DNA of 64,000 nt. Origin: an uncultured SAR86 cluster bacterium. Its GTDB lineage: Bacteria > Pseudomonadota > Gammaproteobacteria > Magnimaribacterales > D2472. The stretch is from assembly GCA_902591565.1 (NCBI GenBank), contig CACJBC010000004.1, positions 1,333 through 65,332 on the forward strand, given 5' to 3'. The position numbers and the translations under genes are program-made. How positions within the stretch are numbered: position 1 is the stretch's first letter; each line of letters opens with the position of its first letter. The notes under the pieces were generated by a model. It was not told the DNA's origin, did no database searches, and saw nothing but the letters and a program-made list of their open reading frames with translations. Shown here in pieces: positions 62,067 through 64,000 of the stretch.

Positions 62067-63309
62067 TTTTAACCCTTGTTAACAACAATCCACCAATAAT
62101 AAATAAAATTGCTATTGGTAATAAAGCGATTCTCACATTTCCGTATAAGGTTAAAAGAGTACCTACCAGAAGAGGTCCTAATATAGCACCTGCCCTACCC
62201 ATTACGTTGTACAAACCAAAAAACTCACCAGCTTTTTCTTTTGGAATTAATTTACCAAAATAACCTCTTGAGCTACCTTGAATTCCACCTTGAACACAGC
62301 CAACCCATGCAGCTAAAAGGTAGAATTCAAGAGCACTTGATAAAGTAGTGCTGTAGATGATTATAAAAATATAGGAAGAAATAGTTACATATAAAACTAG
62401 CTTATCTCCAAATCTGTTAGCAACGTATCCCCATATTAATGTTGCAGGAAAGGCAACAAGTTGAACAAGAATTAAAGCTTGAATAATAGAACTAGTTTCT
62501 AATCCAAGATTTAGTGCAAAAGTTGAAGCAAGGTATATTACAGTATGGGCTCCATCAATAAATAAAAAAAATGCAATCAAAAAAAGAAAAGCATTCTTAT
62601 ACTGATAAACAGACTTTAATGTAGTGACAATATTTTTTAATGATGAAAGAGCAATGCCTTTAGATTTATGAGGATCTCTAGTTTCTTGAAAGTTTAATAA
62701 TAAAGGTATTAAAAATAATAACCACCAAATAGAGACCATTAAAAATGAGACTCTAATAGCATCAGATTGTGATGCAAGACCAAAAGATGTTGGATAAATG
62801 CTCATTAGTGCATTTACTATGAATAATAATCCTCCGCCAGCATAACCCCAGGCATAACCTTGATTAGAAATTATTGAAAACTTTTCAGGTGTTGAGATCT
62901 TTGTAAGAATTTTATCGTAAGGAATCTGAGCAACGCAAAAACAAAAATTAGCAATACCAAAAAAAATTAAAGCTAGTATCCAGGATCCAGCAGAAAGAAA
63001 ATATAAGAGTCCTACAAAAAATACTGAAGTTATCGTAAAAATAGTAAGTGATCTTTTGGTTGATTGATTTATATCTGTAATAGCACCTATTACTGGTCCT
63101 GATAATAATATGGAAACGTTACAAATAACTAAAGTCCAATTTAAATATATCGAAGCCTCTATTTTTGGTAGATTAGATGCCCAAAATTCTAAATAAAAAA
63201 TTGGAAAAAAAGCGGCAACTACAGTCGTAGCAAATGCTGAATTACCTGCATCATAAGCAATCCATGATTTAACAGTTCTTGTGAAGGTTTTATTTGATGG
63301 GCTATTCAT
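62053..63309 (-). CDS. MFS transporter (UMF1/ATG22-like)
   Basis: W..YD.GNSAF.TTV, GYAWGY.GG, QGGIQ.SSR and EFFGLY motifs. Confidence 0.88.
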   Translation of the reverse strand: MNSPSNKTFTRTVKSWIAYDAGNSAFATTVVAAFFPIFYLEFWASNLPKIEASIYLNWTLVICNVSILLSGPVIGAITDINQSTKRSLTIFTITSVFFVGLLYFLSAGSWILALIFFGIANFCFCVAQIPYDKILTKISTPEKFSIISNQGYAWGYAGGGLLFIVNALMSIYPTSFGLASQSDAIRVSFLMVSIWWLLFLIPLLLNFQETRDPHKSKGIALSSLKNIVTTLKSVYQYKNAFLFLIAFFLFIDGAHTVIYLASTFALNLGLETSSIIQALILVQLVAFPATLIWGYVANRFGDKLVLYVTISSYIFIIIYSTTLSSALEFYLLAAWVGCVQGGIQGSSRGYFGKLIPKEKAGEFFGLYNVMGRAGAILGPLLVGTLLTLYGNVRIALLPIAILFIIGGLLLTRVKNEIA

Positions 63310-63412
63310 TAGAAATCATATAATTTTTATAATCTTATTTTATATGCTTTATAAACAAATGACTTTGTAATTAAGGATATTTTTGTTATATTTTTTTTGG
63401 GAGGAGTGTGAC

Positions 63413-63511
63413 ATGAGTGATAGTCAGACTATAAAGTTAGGTGGTTACTTTGTACTTGGTATAGGTGCCGTTGTATTTTTACTCGGATTAGGAGCTTATA
63501 TATTCTATTAG
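63413..63511 (+). CDS. Putative 32-aa single-TM microprotein
   Basis: Strong GGGAGGAG RBS; MSDSQTIKLGGYFVLGIGAVVFLLGLGAYIFY. Confidence 0.6.
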   Translation: MSDSQTIKLGGYFVLGIGAVVFLLGLGAYIFY

Positions 63512-63849
63512 CCTGGTGGCCAATTTAAAGACCTACCTGATAAAAGATGTAAATGCAGGTGAAAGACACTTTGACCTGCTTTTGCACCATTATTTATAAC
63601 AATCCTAAATGTATTATCTAAATTGAGTTGTTCAGCAACTATACCTGCTACAAGCATTAAATGCCCTAAAACCTCCTGATCATCCTTTGATGAATCTGAA
63701 AGCTTTGGTATTACTTTCTTAGGAATTATTAATAGATGTGTTGGAGCTTGAGGTTGTATATCTTTTATTACTATAGAGAGATCATCTTCATAAATAATAT
63801 CTGCAGGTATATCTCTATTAATTATTTTTTCAAATAAAGTTTGAGACAT
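63508..63849 (-). CDS. hinT: Histidine triad nucleotide-binding protein
   Basis: LFEKII, PQAPTH, GQSVFHLHLHLL and WPPG motifs. Confidence 0.95.
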   Translation of the reverse strand: MSQTLFEKIINRDIPADIIYEDDLSIVIKDIQPQAPTHLLIIPKKVIPKLSDSSKDDQEVLGHLMLVAGIVAEQLNLDNTFRIVINNGAKAGQSVFHLHLHLLSGRSLNWPPG

Positions 63850-63851
63850 TA

Positions 63852-64000
63852 TTAAAATACTCTAAAAAATCTAAAACCAATATAGAAAATTGCTGCTGTC
63901 ATTAAGATAGCAAGTAAAATAATCAACAAATCTCTTACAGTTTGTAAAAAACGGCCTTGTTTTTTTGCTCTAATAAGTTGCATTAACAAATAGACTAAAG
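63852..64000 (-). CDS. Membrane protein, 3' end only (partial)
   Basis: Open frame ...LMQLIRAKKQGRFLQTVRDLLIILLAILMTAAIFYIGFRFFRVF* ends 2 nt before hinT. Confidence 0.55.
   Translation of the reverse strand, partial: LVYLLMQLIRAKKQGRFLQTVRDLLIILLAILMTAAIFYIGFRFFRVF

Overview
AT-rich, very gene-dense chromosomal segment of a streamlined marine gammaproteobacterium. Gene content and compaction resemble the SAR86 clade (inference; no rRNA is present). It carries envelope genes (murB, kdsB, an in-frame msbA-lpxK fusion, exbBD, lolD plus a single lolC/E), hemH, trpS, tRNA-Ser(TGA), many lipid/ester hydrolases and three TonB-dependent receptors. It also has a twice-occurring TBDR / TPR-sulfotransferase / BCCT module with a homocysteine methyltransferase and an MGME1-like nuclease, a TBDR / 2OG-oxygenase / NupC cluster, ftsK-lolA-crcB-serS, trxB, acuI, and a sigma54-type nitrogen locus (porin-glnK-amt, second amt). 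No CRISPR array, IS element or prophage was seen. The most striking unexplained signal is a set of RNA hairpins with C-rich, anti-Shine-Dalgarno-like loops. Two follow amt1 with an identical 13-mer, one of which is 11/11 complementary to the RBS and start codon of amt2; one covers the glnK start codon; and a similar twin-hairpin element lies at 22.9 kb. Several unannotated microproteins and apparently leaderless genes were also found. All calls are by eye from motifs; no searches were run.
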